Shown: positions 19,493 through 27,979 of the stretch, piece after piece | Layout: each line of letters begins with the position of its first letter | Numbering within the stretch: position 1 is the first letter of the stretch | Assembly: GCA_001779115.1 (NCBI GenBank) | Contig: MFJF01000012.1 | Coordinates: 33,142 to 97,141, forward strand | Direction of reading: 5' to 3' | Length of the DNA: 64,000 nucleotides | From: Candidatus Gottesmanbacteria bacterium RIFCSPHIGHO2_01_FULL_40_15 | GTDB taxonomy: Bacteria > Patescibacteriota > Microgenomatia > 2-02-FULL-39-11 | The notes under the pieces: generated by a model | Told to the model about the DNA's origin: nothing | The model's database searches: none | What the model saw: the letters and a program-made list of their open reading frames with translations, nothing else | Translations under genes and position numbers: made by a program

Positions 19493-22400
19493 ATGATAAA
19501 TCCAGAAGCAGGTCCTCCAAGAAGGAATCTTATGGAAGTACTTAAAGAAATCCTGAAACAATTATTGGGGAAAAAACAGGAGGAAAAATTAAGAAAGGAA
19601 GAAGCAGAAAGAAAATCAAGAGAAAAAAATGAAACCGCCAGAAAAGAAAAAAACGAACAAATCCGGCAGCAAAGAGAGAAAGAGAAAAAGAAAAAAGAAG
19701 AAAGAGAAGCGGAGAAAGCTTATCATGAGAGAAGATCGGCCCAGAAAAGAGTTGAAGAGGAGGATTTGGAGAAAGCAAGAGAAGCTATCCATAAAAAAAG
19801 CACAGAAAAGATAAAAGAACAGATTAAGAACGTAATTGAACAACCGGAACCGGAAAAAGGGAAGATCACATCAGGTTATGAAACAGCTTATTATCTTTTT
19901 CCGGAAAGTTTACGCAATGATCCACAAAAGCTAAACCAACTTTACAGATTAATTGAGGAAAATCCAAGAGCCGCTTCGGTTCTGGAAGCGTTAACCGAGA
20001 AAGACGCTGTAATTCACAGCGATCCGGGAAGACTTCTTGAAGCCGGAAAACTTCTTTATATCAGTACTCCTGATGAGTTAAAACCTGTTGCTGAGGAAAT
20101 CATCTCGGTTATAAACCGGAGGATTAAAGAACTGATTCCCATAAAAGCCGTCGAATTACAACAGAGAGGGAGGCAACAAATTAATGAAGAAACAGCCCGG
20201 CAAGCAACATTAAATGACGTTTTAAGACAGGTAGATCCATATGTAACTCCGGAACAAAGGGAACTTTTAGCAAACTGGAGGACATATGAGCAAGCGGTTG
20301 ATCAAATCTTATCAAGTCCCGGGTTTGAAGGCGAAGTCAGAAAGGTTGATATACCGGCAATACCGGGAACATTGCCGGAAACGGCGATAAAGAGCATCGA
20401 TAAAGTGTGGGAGAAGGTGGAACAGGTACAAAAGGGAAAAAGGTCACTAACAACTGAAGAACTGGACAAAATACGAAGAGAATTATATGAAGCTGAATCA
20501 GATGCGTTTCCCAAAGATGTAATACCCGGATCTGAGGAGTATAACAGAGAAGTACAAGCAATATACAGACATTCCGAGGAGAGGCTTAATCAGCTGGCCG
20601 AGATGTTCCGGGAAAGATTGAGAAGCGAGACCCCACCGGTAAAAACGGGAATTACCGATCCGGAGGAATTCCTGTTCAGAATGTCAGAGCGGTCGGGAAT
20701 TTTGGGAGATTTGTTATTGAGAAATCCGGAAATGCTTAAACTTTTTACCGGAACCGGTAAAGATGCGTACTGGTTCAGAAACCAGATTTTTTTAAGAATT
20801 CACGGATCGGTCTTAACCCAAAAAAGGGAATCTTCCGGGGAAAATTTCAGCCTATATGAAAGGTCCGATTTTACCTCATTTATAAGTTTATTAAGAGGAG
20901 GATTATCGGGCATTATTGTCCCTGATACAGGAAAAAGCGTCGGACAGACCTGGTCTGACTGGTATACATCGCTGTCTACAACAATAAGATTATCAAGGGA
21001 TATAGATTTTTGGGTGTCGCAGCCGGCAGCTTCAATTGACAACTTCAATAAATCCCTGGCTTTATTCCAAAACGAGTATTCGGTCCAGGCAATGACCATG
21101 CCGGCAGTCGAGCAAGCCTACCGGGCGTATGAGACTGCTTTGATGACAATCAGGGATACCAATGACGGCTATATTCCTCCGGCACTTATTGAGTATGATG
21201 CGGTTCACAATACCATCTATTGGGACCAATGGGCTCAGGATTTGCTTTCCAATAAAATGATTCCCCAGGGAGTTGTCAGGGACAGCGCCCGGGATTTTGA
21301 AAGAATGGGAGGGTTGCCATTAGTAAATCCCGACGGGATAACTACCCAAATCGGAGACGTGATTACCGAGGATGATTTGAAAAAAGACCCGCAGAAGCTG
21401 GAAATCCAGATGTACATGACACTGGCTAAGGGATTCGGAATGGCCAGTATGAGATTTTTGGAAATTGTAGCCAATTCCAAAGTTCCGATGGTTGGAATGC
21501 CCGGATTCCACAGCCCGGTTTATGAGGGCGCGGCTATTGCATTGAACTATTGGAATCTGTTTATGAAGAAATGGGGTCAGGGAGCATATAAATATTTCCA
21601 TATGATGAATACGGTATTGCCTTATGAAAAGCGATTACCGGTTGATTCCAAAGGAGCGGAGAAAGCTTATCTGGCTCATCTGAACGGTACATTTAAAGAG
21701 AAATATGGTGAGGAAGCAAAAAGACTTTTAGATGTATTGAATTTTGACCGTGCAAGCGGAGCATTTACGGAATTTACTCCCTGGAGGTATTTTGATGACA
21801 CAATCGGCTGGACGGATAGGCAAAAACAGTTAATGGGGGGTCCGACCAGGCATATTTTTGCCGAAAGATTTGCTAGTGAAAAAGTAAAGGAATATCTGGT
21901 TGAGGAAAGATATAAAGAGATATTCAGGAAGAGGAAAAGGGAAGCAGGTCAGCCGGATTCAGGTCCGGAATTTGACACTTTATGGTTGAATGAAGGGATA
22001 TCTATATATGAAAGTGCAATAGATAAAGACTGGAGAGAATTAAATCACCATCATAAGAAGCGTGTTGATGAGTTAATTTATAATTATACCAAAGCATTCC
22101 GATCCCGGGTGTGGGTTGAAACAGCTATGCGCAGTCCGGTGACAATGGCACATATTATTGACGTGAAAATGCCCATACCGGGATACGGAAAAGAAAAAAA
22201 ATCAAGAAAACTGCATAGTTATATTATTGAACAGGTGTTAGGAATAACTCCGGAGGATATCGAATACGGTTCGGTTGAAGGAGATGAAGGACAATATAAA
22301 ATATACGCGGCGAAATATGCTTCACCAACTGAAGCTCAAAGGATAAAGTTAAAGGAGATATTCGACCTTGAGGGGGATTTAATGTCGGTCAGGGAAATTG

Positions 22401-23347
22401 CCATGTCGGAAAACAGAGAGTTAAGAGTTAGCGATTTTGAGATAATTAAGGATACAGTCAGACAGGAACATGCCAGAAAGTATTGGAATATTGTTAAAAG
22501 ATATGTGATCGGGGACGAAAATCCCGACAGTAACAGAATTTATCAAAATTTAGGCATAGAGCTTCATTTTGACAATTATGACATTGACTGGCATAAGATT
22601 GAGCGGATTGATGAGCAAATGCGAAATTATAAGAATATTGTTGTTTTGCCGGCAACGGCCGGAACAGAAATGTCAGTGTTACCGCAAGCTTTTGAGGAGG
22701 AGTGGCTTAACAAAGAATTTGAATGGGTGGAATCAACCGATGATACGGCTTTCCGGGAGATGGATCTTCTTAATTTGGGATCAAGACAATGGGTAAGAAG
22801 GGGCGGAGATGTTGCCTCGCACTTTCAAGGATCGCAGTTAACAGCTGAATATTTTGACGTGGAATTAACACCCAATCCTGATCCGAGTAAGCTAGCTGAA
22901 GCACTTTTGAAGATAAGAAAAGCGTACCAGGGGGATGATATCGGGGTAGGATACCGGCTGGCGGGAGCTTTGGGGCAGCTGACCAGCAAGTTATACGAAT
23001 TTGATTATAAAAGACTGGGGTCTGCCGCCCAAATGGAGGTTTGGAATACAAGAAGAGGGGTAGCAGCCTGGAATGCCAACGGCAGGCGGGCTTTTTGGGA
23101 TGCAGTTGAGCATATGGATGTAATCCCTCCCCATGCAGAATTTGAATTTCCGAATCCATTTTTGCAAGGGCCACCAATAAGAGACGTCAAATACATGAAT
23201 ATTCATGAGTTGAGACACCTGAATCATGCCGATAATGCCGATGTCTGGGTGGAAATACTTACTTTGGGAATTTTGCTGGCAACAGCAATTACCGTTTGGA
23301 GGGCGTTCACGGCCAAAAGCGAAGAGGAAGAAGCAGGGGGACATTAA
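19493..23347 (+). CDS. large hypothetical protein (1284 aa) with a K/E-rich coiled-coil N-terminus and a C-terminal membrane anchor
   Basis: An uninterrupted 3855-nt ORF. The first ~110 aa are a low-complexity Lys/Glu/Arg run. One hydrophobic helix (ILTLGILLATAITVW) sits 20 aa from the C-terminus. No catalytic motif recognised. Confidence 0.5.
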   Translation: MINPEAGPPRRNLMEVLKEILKQLLGKKQEEKLRKEEAERKSREKNETARKEKNEQIRQQREKEKKKKEEREAEKAYHERRSAQKRVEEEDLEKAREAIHKKSTEKIKEQIKNVIEQPEPEKGKITSGYETAYYLFPESLRNDPQKLNQLYRLIEENPRAASVLEALTEKDAVIHSDPGRLLEAGKLLYISTPDELKPVAEEIISVINRRIKELIPIKAVELQQRGRQQINEETARQATLNDVLRQVDPYVTPEQRELLANWRTYEQAVDQILSSPGFEGEVRKVDIPAIPGTLPETAIKSIDKVWEKVEQVQKGKRSLTTEELDKIRRELYEAESDAFPKDVIPGSEEYNREVQAIYRHSEERLNQLAEMFRERLRSETPPVKTGITDPEEFLFRMSERSGILGDLLLRNPEMLKLFTGTGKDAYWFRNQIFLRIHGSVLTQKRESSGENFSLYERSDFTSFISLLRGGLSGIIVPDTGKSVGQTWSDWYTSLSTTIRLSRDIDFWVSQPAASIDNFNKSLALFQNEYSVQAMTMPAVEQAYRAYETALMTIRDTNDGYIPPALIEYDAVHNTIYWDQWAQDLLSNKMIPQGVVRDSARDFERMGGLPLVNPDGITTQIGDVITEDDLKKDPQKLEIQMYMTLAKGFGMASMRFLEIVANSKVPMVGMPGFHSPVYEGAAIALNYWNLFMKKWGQGAYKYFHMMNTVLPYEKRLPVDSKGAEKAYLAHLNGTFKEKYGEEAKRLLDVLNFDRASGAFTEFTPWRYFDDTIGWTDRQKQLMGGPTRHIFAERFASEKVKEYLVEERYKEIFRKRKREAGQPDSGPEFDTLWLNEGISIYESAIDKDWRELNHHHKKRVDELIYNYTKAFRSRVWVETAMRSPVTMAHIIDVKMPIPGYGKEKKSRKLHSYIIEQVLGITPEDIEYGSVEGDEGQYKIYAAKYASPTEAQRIKLKEIFDLEGDLMSVREIAMSENRELRVSDFEIIKDTVRQEHARKYWNIVKRYVIGDENPDSNRIYQNLGIELHFDNYDIDWHKIERIDEQMRNYKNIVVLPATAGTEMSVLPQAFEEEWLNKEFEWVESTDDTAFREMDLLNLGSRQWVRRGGDVASHFQGSQLTAEYFDVELTPNPDPSKLAEALLKIRKAYQGDDIGVGYRLAGALGQLTSKLYEFDYKRLGSAAQMEVWNTRRGVAAWNANGRRAFWDAVEHMDVIPPHAEFEFPNPFLQGPPIRDVKYMNIHELRHLNHADNADVWVEILTLGILLATAITVWRAFTAKSEEEEAGGH

Positions 23348-24852
23348 TTTCCCCTATGGGTAGGTTTCTGGCCGCCGCCGAATATGCCTTTGAGAGGACC
23401 GGGAAGGTTCTGCATGGTTGACTGCAAATAATAGAACTGGCTGGCAGCACCCATTGTAGTTTGGGTAGCTCCGGTCAGGGGAGCAAAAGCCGTTCCGGCA
23501 GTAATCGGCAGGAGCGGTTTGGGATGGAAAGCTTTTTTAACCGTAGCAATTAGCGTGGGAGCGAGAAAGAGAACTCCCAGTCCCAGAAAGGCGGTAAAAG
23601 ATCCTTTACCGGGCATGGAGATAAAGGGCGGTGAGAAAAGGCTCCCTGTATCAGTATTGATTTGGGCCAGATATTGGGCAAACATCAGTATGGCCACAGT
23701 TGTCGGGAAAACGACCAGGTTGGCAATAACATTCATAATCCACTGGGAAAAAGCCGAGCGGCCGGGGACAGCTTCAAGAAGGAGCTGGAGAGGACCAATT
23801 ACCAGGGCAATAAGGAGTTGAATATAGGAATTTAAAAGCAGAAGAAAAATCCTGATAAAAGTAAAAAGCAGTCCCAGGAAAAGAATCAGAATAAATAATG
23901 CTCCGATGGCACCGCCGCCGATTAAAACCGCCCACCAGCCGGCCTGCAATATCAGCGCGATTATTCCAACAGCAGTTCCGGATCCCAGATAAGCGGTGAA
24001 ATTCCTTTTGAAAAAATCATCCAGCGTTGAGAAACCGCCGGAAAAAACGGTTTTAAAAAGATCGCCAAAATCAGCCGTTAGAAAATATGTCTGAAATTCA
24101 GCAACCCTTGATGATTGTTCAAAACCATTGGCCAAAAGACTGACTATTATGGCCGTAGACAAATACATGAGATCAACCAGAAAACCGATAATCGGGTATG
24201 AAAGAGTGATAAGAATCAGAGTAATAACAATCTTGGGAAGAGCAGCCTGGACGGAAATAACTGTTTTGGGATCGATTTTCATACGGAAGATGACCATAAA
24301 TCCTATGGCAATCATGATGACAATCATGACAGAGTAGGAGATATTGCGGGTAACTTTCCAGAGAGGCAGAAGAGGGGAAAGTCCGGCAAAACCGATACCC
24401 TGGGCATAGGCCGGTTTAACAAGAATACCTGAATTTTCCAGCATATCATACGCGTAATAGATACCCGAGGCAGGCGGATTAGCGTAGATCGTTCCGATTG
24501 CCCGAGCGAGCGCGCCCATCATAGTATATTTTTCATTACAATATTTTTGATCGATACAACCAATCTGACTGGCAAGAGCATAGGGCATAACTCCGGCAAA
24601 TCTGATCATGACATCACGATCAAAAACCTGGGTTGCTCCCTCTTGTTGCGCTGTTATCCGGGCCTGTTCTCCCTGTTGATTTAATGTATCAACACTGGTG
24701 TCGAGCAGAATATCCTGGGGATTGGCAGCGGAAGTGAAATGTAATTTTATAAATAAGGATAAGACCAGGAAGACAATAGAAAAGAATAAAATTCTCCGGG
24801 GCAGTTTAGGCATGTCTAATTTCATTATTTCCGCTTGTGAGGGAAGTGTCAA
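23344..24852 (-). CDS. polytopic membrane protein, VirB6/TrbL-like candidate
   Basis: 502 aa. Signal/TM start, then a ~150 aa extracytoplasmic segment, then at least 7 TM helices rich in G/A/L. Last gene of the pilin-like operon. Confidence 0.35.
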   Translation of the reverse strand: MTLPSQAEIMKLDMPKLPRRILFFSIVFLVLSLFIKLHFTSAANPQDILLDTSVDTLNQQGEQARITAQQEGATQVFDRDVMIRFAGVMPYALASQIGCIDQKYCNEKYTMMGALARAIGTIYANPPASGIYYAYDMLENSGILVKPAYAQGIGFAGLSPLLPLWKVTRNISYSVMIVIMIAIGFMVIFRMKIDPKTVISVQAALPKIVITLILITLSYPIIGFLVDLMYLSTAIIVSLLANGFEQSSRVAEFQTYFLTADFGDLFKTVFSGGFSTLDDFFKRNFTAYLGSGTAVGIIALILQAGWWAVLIGGGAIGALFILILFLGLLFTFIRIFLLLLNSYIQLLIALVIGPLQLLLEAVPGRSAFSQWIMNVIANLVVFPTTVAILMFAQYLAQINTDTGSLFSPPFISMPGKGSFTAFLGLGVLFLAPTLIATVKKAFHPKPLLPITAGTAFAPLTGATQTTMGAASQFYYLQSTMQNLPGPLKGIFGGGQKPTHRGN

Positions 24853-24868
24853 GTTTTGATAGGGAATT

Positions 24869-25192
24869 TCAGGTTCCGGGGACGGTAAAGATGGTAATTT
24901 TTACTCCGGTGTAAAATTCAATAATCCTGAATATCAAAAAAGCAATTGCCATAAGAGCAATTCCCATGACGGCATAAGTCATAGTCTGTTTGGCTGAGGC
25001 TGCAGCTTTTGGGTCGCCGGCGGCCGTTAACAATTTAAATCCGCCGACAATGAGCATGATAAACAGTGCCAAAAGTCCAAGACTTATGGCAATATTGAGA
25101 ATTTGTTTGTAGACAGCTTCGAGGCATTTGAGAGTCGGCACGTCAACACCGCCGATTGTTTTTATACAAGGAACTCCGGCCCAAGGTTTCAT
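24869..25192 (-). CDS. VirB2/TrbC-like T4SS pilin-family small membrane protein (paralog B)
   Basis: 107 aa with two hydrophobic helices flanking a GGF...AAGDPKAAASAKQ core. Clearly paralogous to the upstream 128-aa gene. Confidence 0.5.
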   Translation of the reverse strand: MKPWAGVPCIKTIGGVDVPTLKCLEAVYKQILNIAISLGLLALFIMLIVGGFKLLTAAGDPKAAASAKQTMTYAVMGIALMAIAFLIFRIIEFYTGVKITIFTVPGT

Positions 25193-25207
25193 GAAGTATC
25201 AGTAAGA

Positions 25208-25594
25208 TCAGACTCCGCTCGGAATTACTAAGTTAAAGATATTTTGAATTCCGAAGAACCGGCCGACCAGAATCATGATCGCCCAGGCGGCAAAGACAAC
25301 AAAAAGACCGATAATGGCAGCCTGAATTCTTTTCTGGGCAGCTTCAACACCGGCTTTATCTCCGCCTGATGTTATCCATTGGAATCCGCCAAGCAATAAG
25401 TAAATAAAGGCAGCAAGAGTGGCGACAACCAGAATTGCGCCTATCGCTCCGCTTATCAACCTTCCCAAATCAGTTACCCTAAGATTTGGCGGTGCCGGAA
25501 TATTTAACGGAACTCCCTGAGCGTAAACGGCTGTTGACAAAAGATGAAAGGAAAATGGAAGCGACCCGATGAACAATTTCTTAAATGCGGTCAT
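25208..25594 (-). CDS. VirB2/TrbC-like T4SS pilin-family small membrane protein (paralog A, signal peptide)
   Basis: 128 aa. Signal peptide (…STAVYAQG), then a helix, GGFQWITSGGDKAGVEAAQKRIQAAIIG, then a second helix. This architecture is typical of TrbC/VirB2 pilins. Confidence 0.5.
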   Translation of the reverse strand: MTAFKKLFIGSLPFSFHLLSTAVYAQGVPLNIPAPPNLRVTDLGRLISGAIGAILVVATLAAFIYLLLGGFQWITSGGDKAGVEAAQKRIQAAIIGLFVVFAAWAIMILVGRFFGIQNIFNLVIPSGV

Positions 25595-25647
25595 TTTATT
25601 GTATTATGAACATACTTAAACATGCTTGTCAAGTAGGGATAAAAAAA

Positions 25648-26001
25648 ATGAAAAAAATAATTAATCTAAGATTGAAAGAATTTCTTTTGCTATTCCTGAT
25701 GTTAGTACTGTTTGTCAACCTGATTAATTCCTGGATGAAGCTTAAAGAAAGGATTAACTTAATCAAAGAAACTGAAAATAAAGTAATTGAAGAAGAGAAA
25801 TTCCAGGAGAATCTGGAAAGGGAGCTGGCCCAAGCGGAAAGCGATGTATATATCGAAAAACAGGCACGCGAGAAACTTAATATGGGGAAAGACGGGGAAA
25901 TAGTAGTACTTTTACCCACTCCGGTTTTATCTCCCAGTCCGACAGCGGTTCCAGACGATAGAAGTGCCAACTGGCAGAAATGGATGCGGCTGTTTTGGTA
26001 G
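25648..26001 (+). CDS. septum formation initiator FtsB/DivIC-like protein
   Basis: MKKIINLRLKEF, a single TM, then a coiled coil (ERINLIKETENKVIEEEKFQENLERELAQAESDVYIEKQAREKLNM), typical of the FtsB/DivIC family. The ORF-track start at 25585 is probably too long. Confidence 0.6.
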   Translation: MKKIINLRLKEFLLLFLMLVLFVNLINSWMKLKERINLIKETENKVIEEEKFQENLERELAQAESDVYIEKQAREKLNMGKDGEIVVLLPTPVLSPSPTAVPDDRSANWQKWMRLFW

Positions 26002-26010
26002 GGGATGTTG

Positions 26011-26082
26011 TACCAGGGGAGAGGATTGAACTCTCGACCGCCGGTTTATGAATCCGGTGCTCTACCACTGAGCTACCCTGGC
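26011..26082 (-). tRNA. tRNA-Met (anticodon CAT), elongator type or tRNA-Ile2 precursor
   Basis: Reverse complement: GCCAGGG-TA-GCTCAGTGGTAGAGC-A-CCGGA-TTCATAA-ACCGG-CGGTC-GAGAGTTCAATCCTCTC-CCCTGGT-A. The cloverleaf is complete, with a GTTCAATCC T-arm. Anticodon loop is TT-CAT-AA. Confidence 0.8.
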
Positions 26083-26179
26083 TAAATACCCTCTGATTTT
26101 AGCATAATTTTAAAAATCTTATAAGAACCTCAACGAATATAAAAGTTTCTTATAATTAATATTATTTATAATTTGTAAA

Positions 26180-26509
26180 ATGACTGATTTAACAAAAAAG
26201 AAATGCGTTCCTTGTGAAGGCGGAGAGCCGCCGCTTGAGAAGGAAAAAGTTAATATATTGTTGAAAGAAGTGTCCGGTTGGGAGCTTGTTGAGGGAATGG
26301 TTGTCCGAAAATTTAAGTTTAAGGATTTCCGGGAGGCAGTTGATTTTGTTAACCGGGTGGCTGATTTGTCTGAAGAGGAAAATCATCATCCCAATATATC
26401 AATTTACGGCTGGAATAAGGTAAAGCTGACTTTTTATACGCATAAAATAAACGGGTTGTCGGAGAATGATTTTATTATGGCCGCTAAAGTTAATAAAATT
26501 CTTTCCTGA
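26180..26509 (+). CDS. pterin-4a-carbinolamine dehydratase (PCD/DCoH)
   Basis: 109 aa. The signature EEENHHPNI ([E]-x-HHP) and the length fit PhhB/DCoH. Confidence 0.8.
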   Translation: MTDLTKKKCVPCEGGEPPLEKEKVNILLKEVSGWELVEGMVVRKFKFKDFREAVDFVNRVADLSEEENHHPNISIYGWNKVKLTFYTHKINGLSENDFIMAAKVNKILS

Positions 26510-26572
26510 TATTAGCGTATCTTTTTTGCCTTGAACCCGAAGTCAAATTCAGCTATAATAGCAATCTGTAAC

Positions 26573-26642
26573 CGCGGAGTAGTGTAAAGTTGCACAGGAG
26601 GCTCATAATCTCCTAGGCTGGGTGCGATTCCCAGCTCCGCAA
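26573..26642 (+). tRNA. atypical initiator-like tRNA (anticodon CAT), possibly degenerate
   Basis: Parsed as CGCGGAG-TA-GTGT-AAAGTT-GCAC-A-GGAGG-CTCATAA-TCTCC-TAGG-CTGGG-TGCGATT-CCCAG-CTCCGCA-A. There is a C1xA72 mismatch plus A73. The CTCATAA loop and the CGCGG...CCGCAA ends resemble bacterial tRNA-fMet. The T-loop has G55 and the anticodon stem lacks the 3 GC pairs. Confidence 0.4.
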
Positions 26643-26650
26643 CACATTCG

Positions 26651-26703
26651 ACTCGCTTACGCTCGCTCAGTGCAAGCACTGGATAAGGTAAGCGAGTTTT
26701 TTT
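26651..26703 (+). terminator. hairpin plus U-run, candidate intrinsic terminator after the tRNA-like gene
   Basis: ACTCGCTTAC (26651-60) pairs perfectly with GTAAGCGAGT (26688-97). It encloses an inner CAGTGC-AA-GCACTG hairpin and is followed by TTTTTTT. Confidence 0.5.
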
Positions 26704-26769
26704 ATTGAAAGAATATATTGAACCAAAGTCGAATGTGCCCTGTGCCTGTCGAAAGGGTAAAATAAAATC

Positions 26770-27015
26770 ATGTGGTTTGTTTATCTTTTATTATGTAAAG
26801 ACGGGAGTTTCTATACAGGTGTTTCCAACAATCCACAACAGCGATTTTTGGAACATAAGAATGGTAAAGGAGGGAGATATACCAGGTCTCACGGAGCAGT
26901 TAAGATAATTTATACAGAAAAATGCGAATCAAAGAGCGAAGCCTTTAAGAGAGAAAGTCAAATTAAAGGATGGAGCAGAGAGGAAAAAATTAGGACATTG
27001 AATTTAGAATTTTAA
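26770..27015 (+). CDS. GIY-YIG nuclease superfamily protein (UPF0213/YhbQ-like)
   Basis: 81 aa. VYLLLCKDGSFYTGVSNNPQQRFLEH is the GIY-YIG signature. Confidence 0.75.
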   Translation: MWFVYLLLCKDGSFYTGVSNNPQQRFLEHKNGKGGRYTRSHGAVKIIYTEKCESKSEAFKRESQIKGWSREEKIRTLNLEF

Positions 27016-27148
27016 CCTTATCGGTTACAGAGACAGCATAAACCCGGATAACGATATAAAACTTGAAATATTCCGGAAAGAGAAGTAAAGTAATTATTTA
27101 AAATATAGATTCAGATAAATACAACATTTCCGGAATTACCAATTCTTA

Positions 27149-27958
27149 ATGCTACCCGCTTTTTTAATTACTTTCAGGGAAGTTATCGAAGCTTCACTTA
27201 TTGTAGCGACAATATTGGGGATTCTGGTTAAATTAAATCAGAAGAAAGGGATTAAAACAGTCTGGTCGGCAACAGGGGCAGCCACCGGAGTGAGCATTCT
27301 CCTTCTGGGGCTGGGGAGCGTATTGGGGATAAGAATACAGAAAATATACAGCGGAAAAACGGAAGAATTGATTGAAGGAGTTCTGATGGTGATTTCCGCG
27401 ATATTTATCACCTGGGCAGTATTTTTTCTTCATAATTATTTCGGCAAATATAAAACCCGATTACTTTCAAAAATTAAATCTTCAATTGAGAATAAAGAAC
27501 AAAAAGGATTATTTATACTTACTTTTACGGCGGTTTTCAGAGAAGGATTTGAGATAGTACTTTTTCTGTCAACGATCTATTTTACATCCGATCCTGAGAG
27601 AATTTTTGTCGGTTTTCTGGCCGGGAGTGCAGGGGCGCTTTTGGTTTCATTCGGATTGTTTGCAGTAACATTAAGACTACCGGTTTATTACGCTTTCAAA
27701 ATTTCCAGCCTACTTCTGATACTTTTTGCGGGGGGACTTTTAGCCCGCGGAATACACGAGTTTTCGGAATTCGGACTTTTACCGGAAATTTATAAAATAA
27801 CATTTACGTTTATACCGGAGAAAGCCACTTTTTCAGGAGAAATGATTAAGGCAGTTTTCGGGATAACCCAAAAAATGGATCTGATTCAATTATCAATCTA
27901 CGGAGTTTACGTACTATTAATGAGCCGGATTTGTTTCTCTGGAAAAGCGACAAAGTAA
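27149..27958 (+). CDS. FTR1-family high-affinity iron permease
   Basis: 269 aa with 7 TM helices. Two RExxE motifs (FREVIEAS and FREGFEIVLF) are diagnostic of FTR1/EfeU. Confidence 0.7.
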   Translation: MLPAFLITFREVIEASLIVATILGILVKLNQKKGIKTVWSATGAATGVSILLLGLGSVLGIRIQKIYSGKTEELIEGVLMVISAIFITWAVFFLHNYFGKYKTRLLSKIKSSIENKEQKGLFILTFTAVFREGFEIVLFLSTIYFTSDPERIFVGFLAGSAGALLVSFGLFAVTLRLPVYYAFKISSLLLILFAGGLLARGIHEFSEFGLLPEIYKITFTFIPEKATFSGEMIKAVFGITQKMDLIQLSIYGVYVLLMSRICFSGKATK

Positions 27959-27979
27959 ATCCGGTAAAATTTACAACAA

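Noticed and set aside
19542-19843. Several antisense and alternate-frame ORFs (19542..19778, 19616..19843, 19629..19814) inside the 5' end of the large gene.
   Set aside because: They lie in the low-complexity AAG/GAA-rich region encoding the K/E run. Such repeats create spurious open frames on both strands.
26086-26179. AT-rich spacer between the minus-strand tRNA-Met and the pterin dehydratase gene examined for a riboswitch or small RNA.
   Set aside because: No stable helices or conserved motifs. It reads as divergent promoter DNA.
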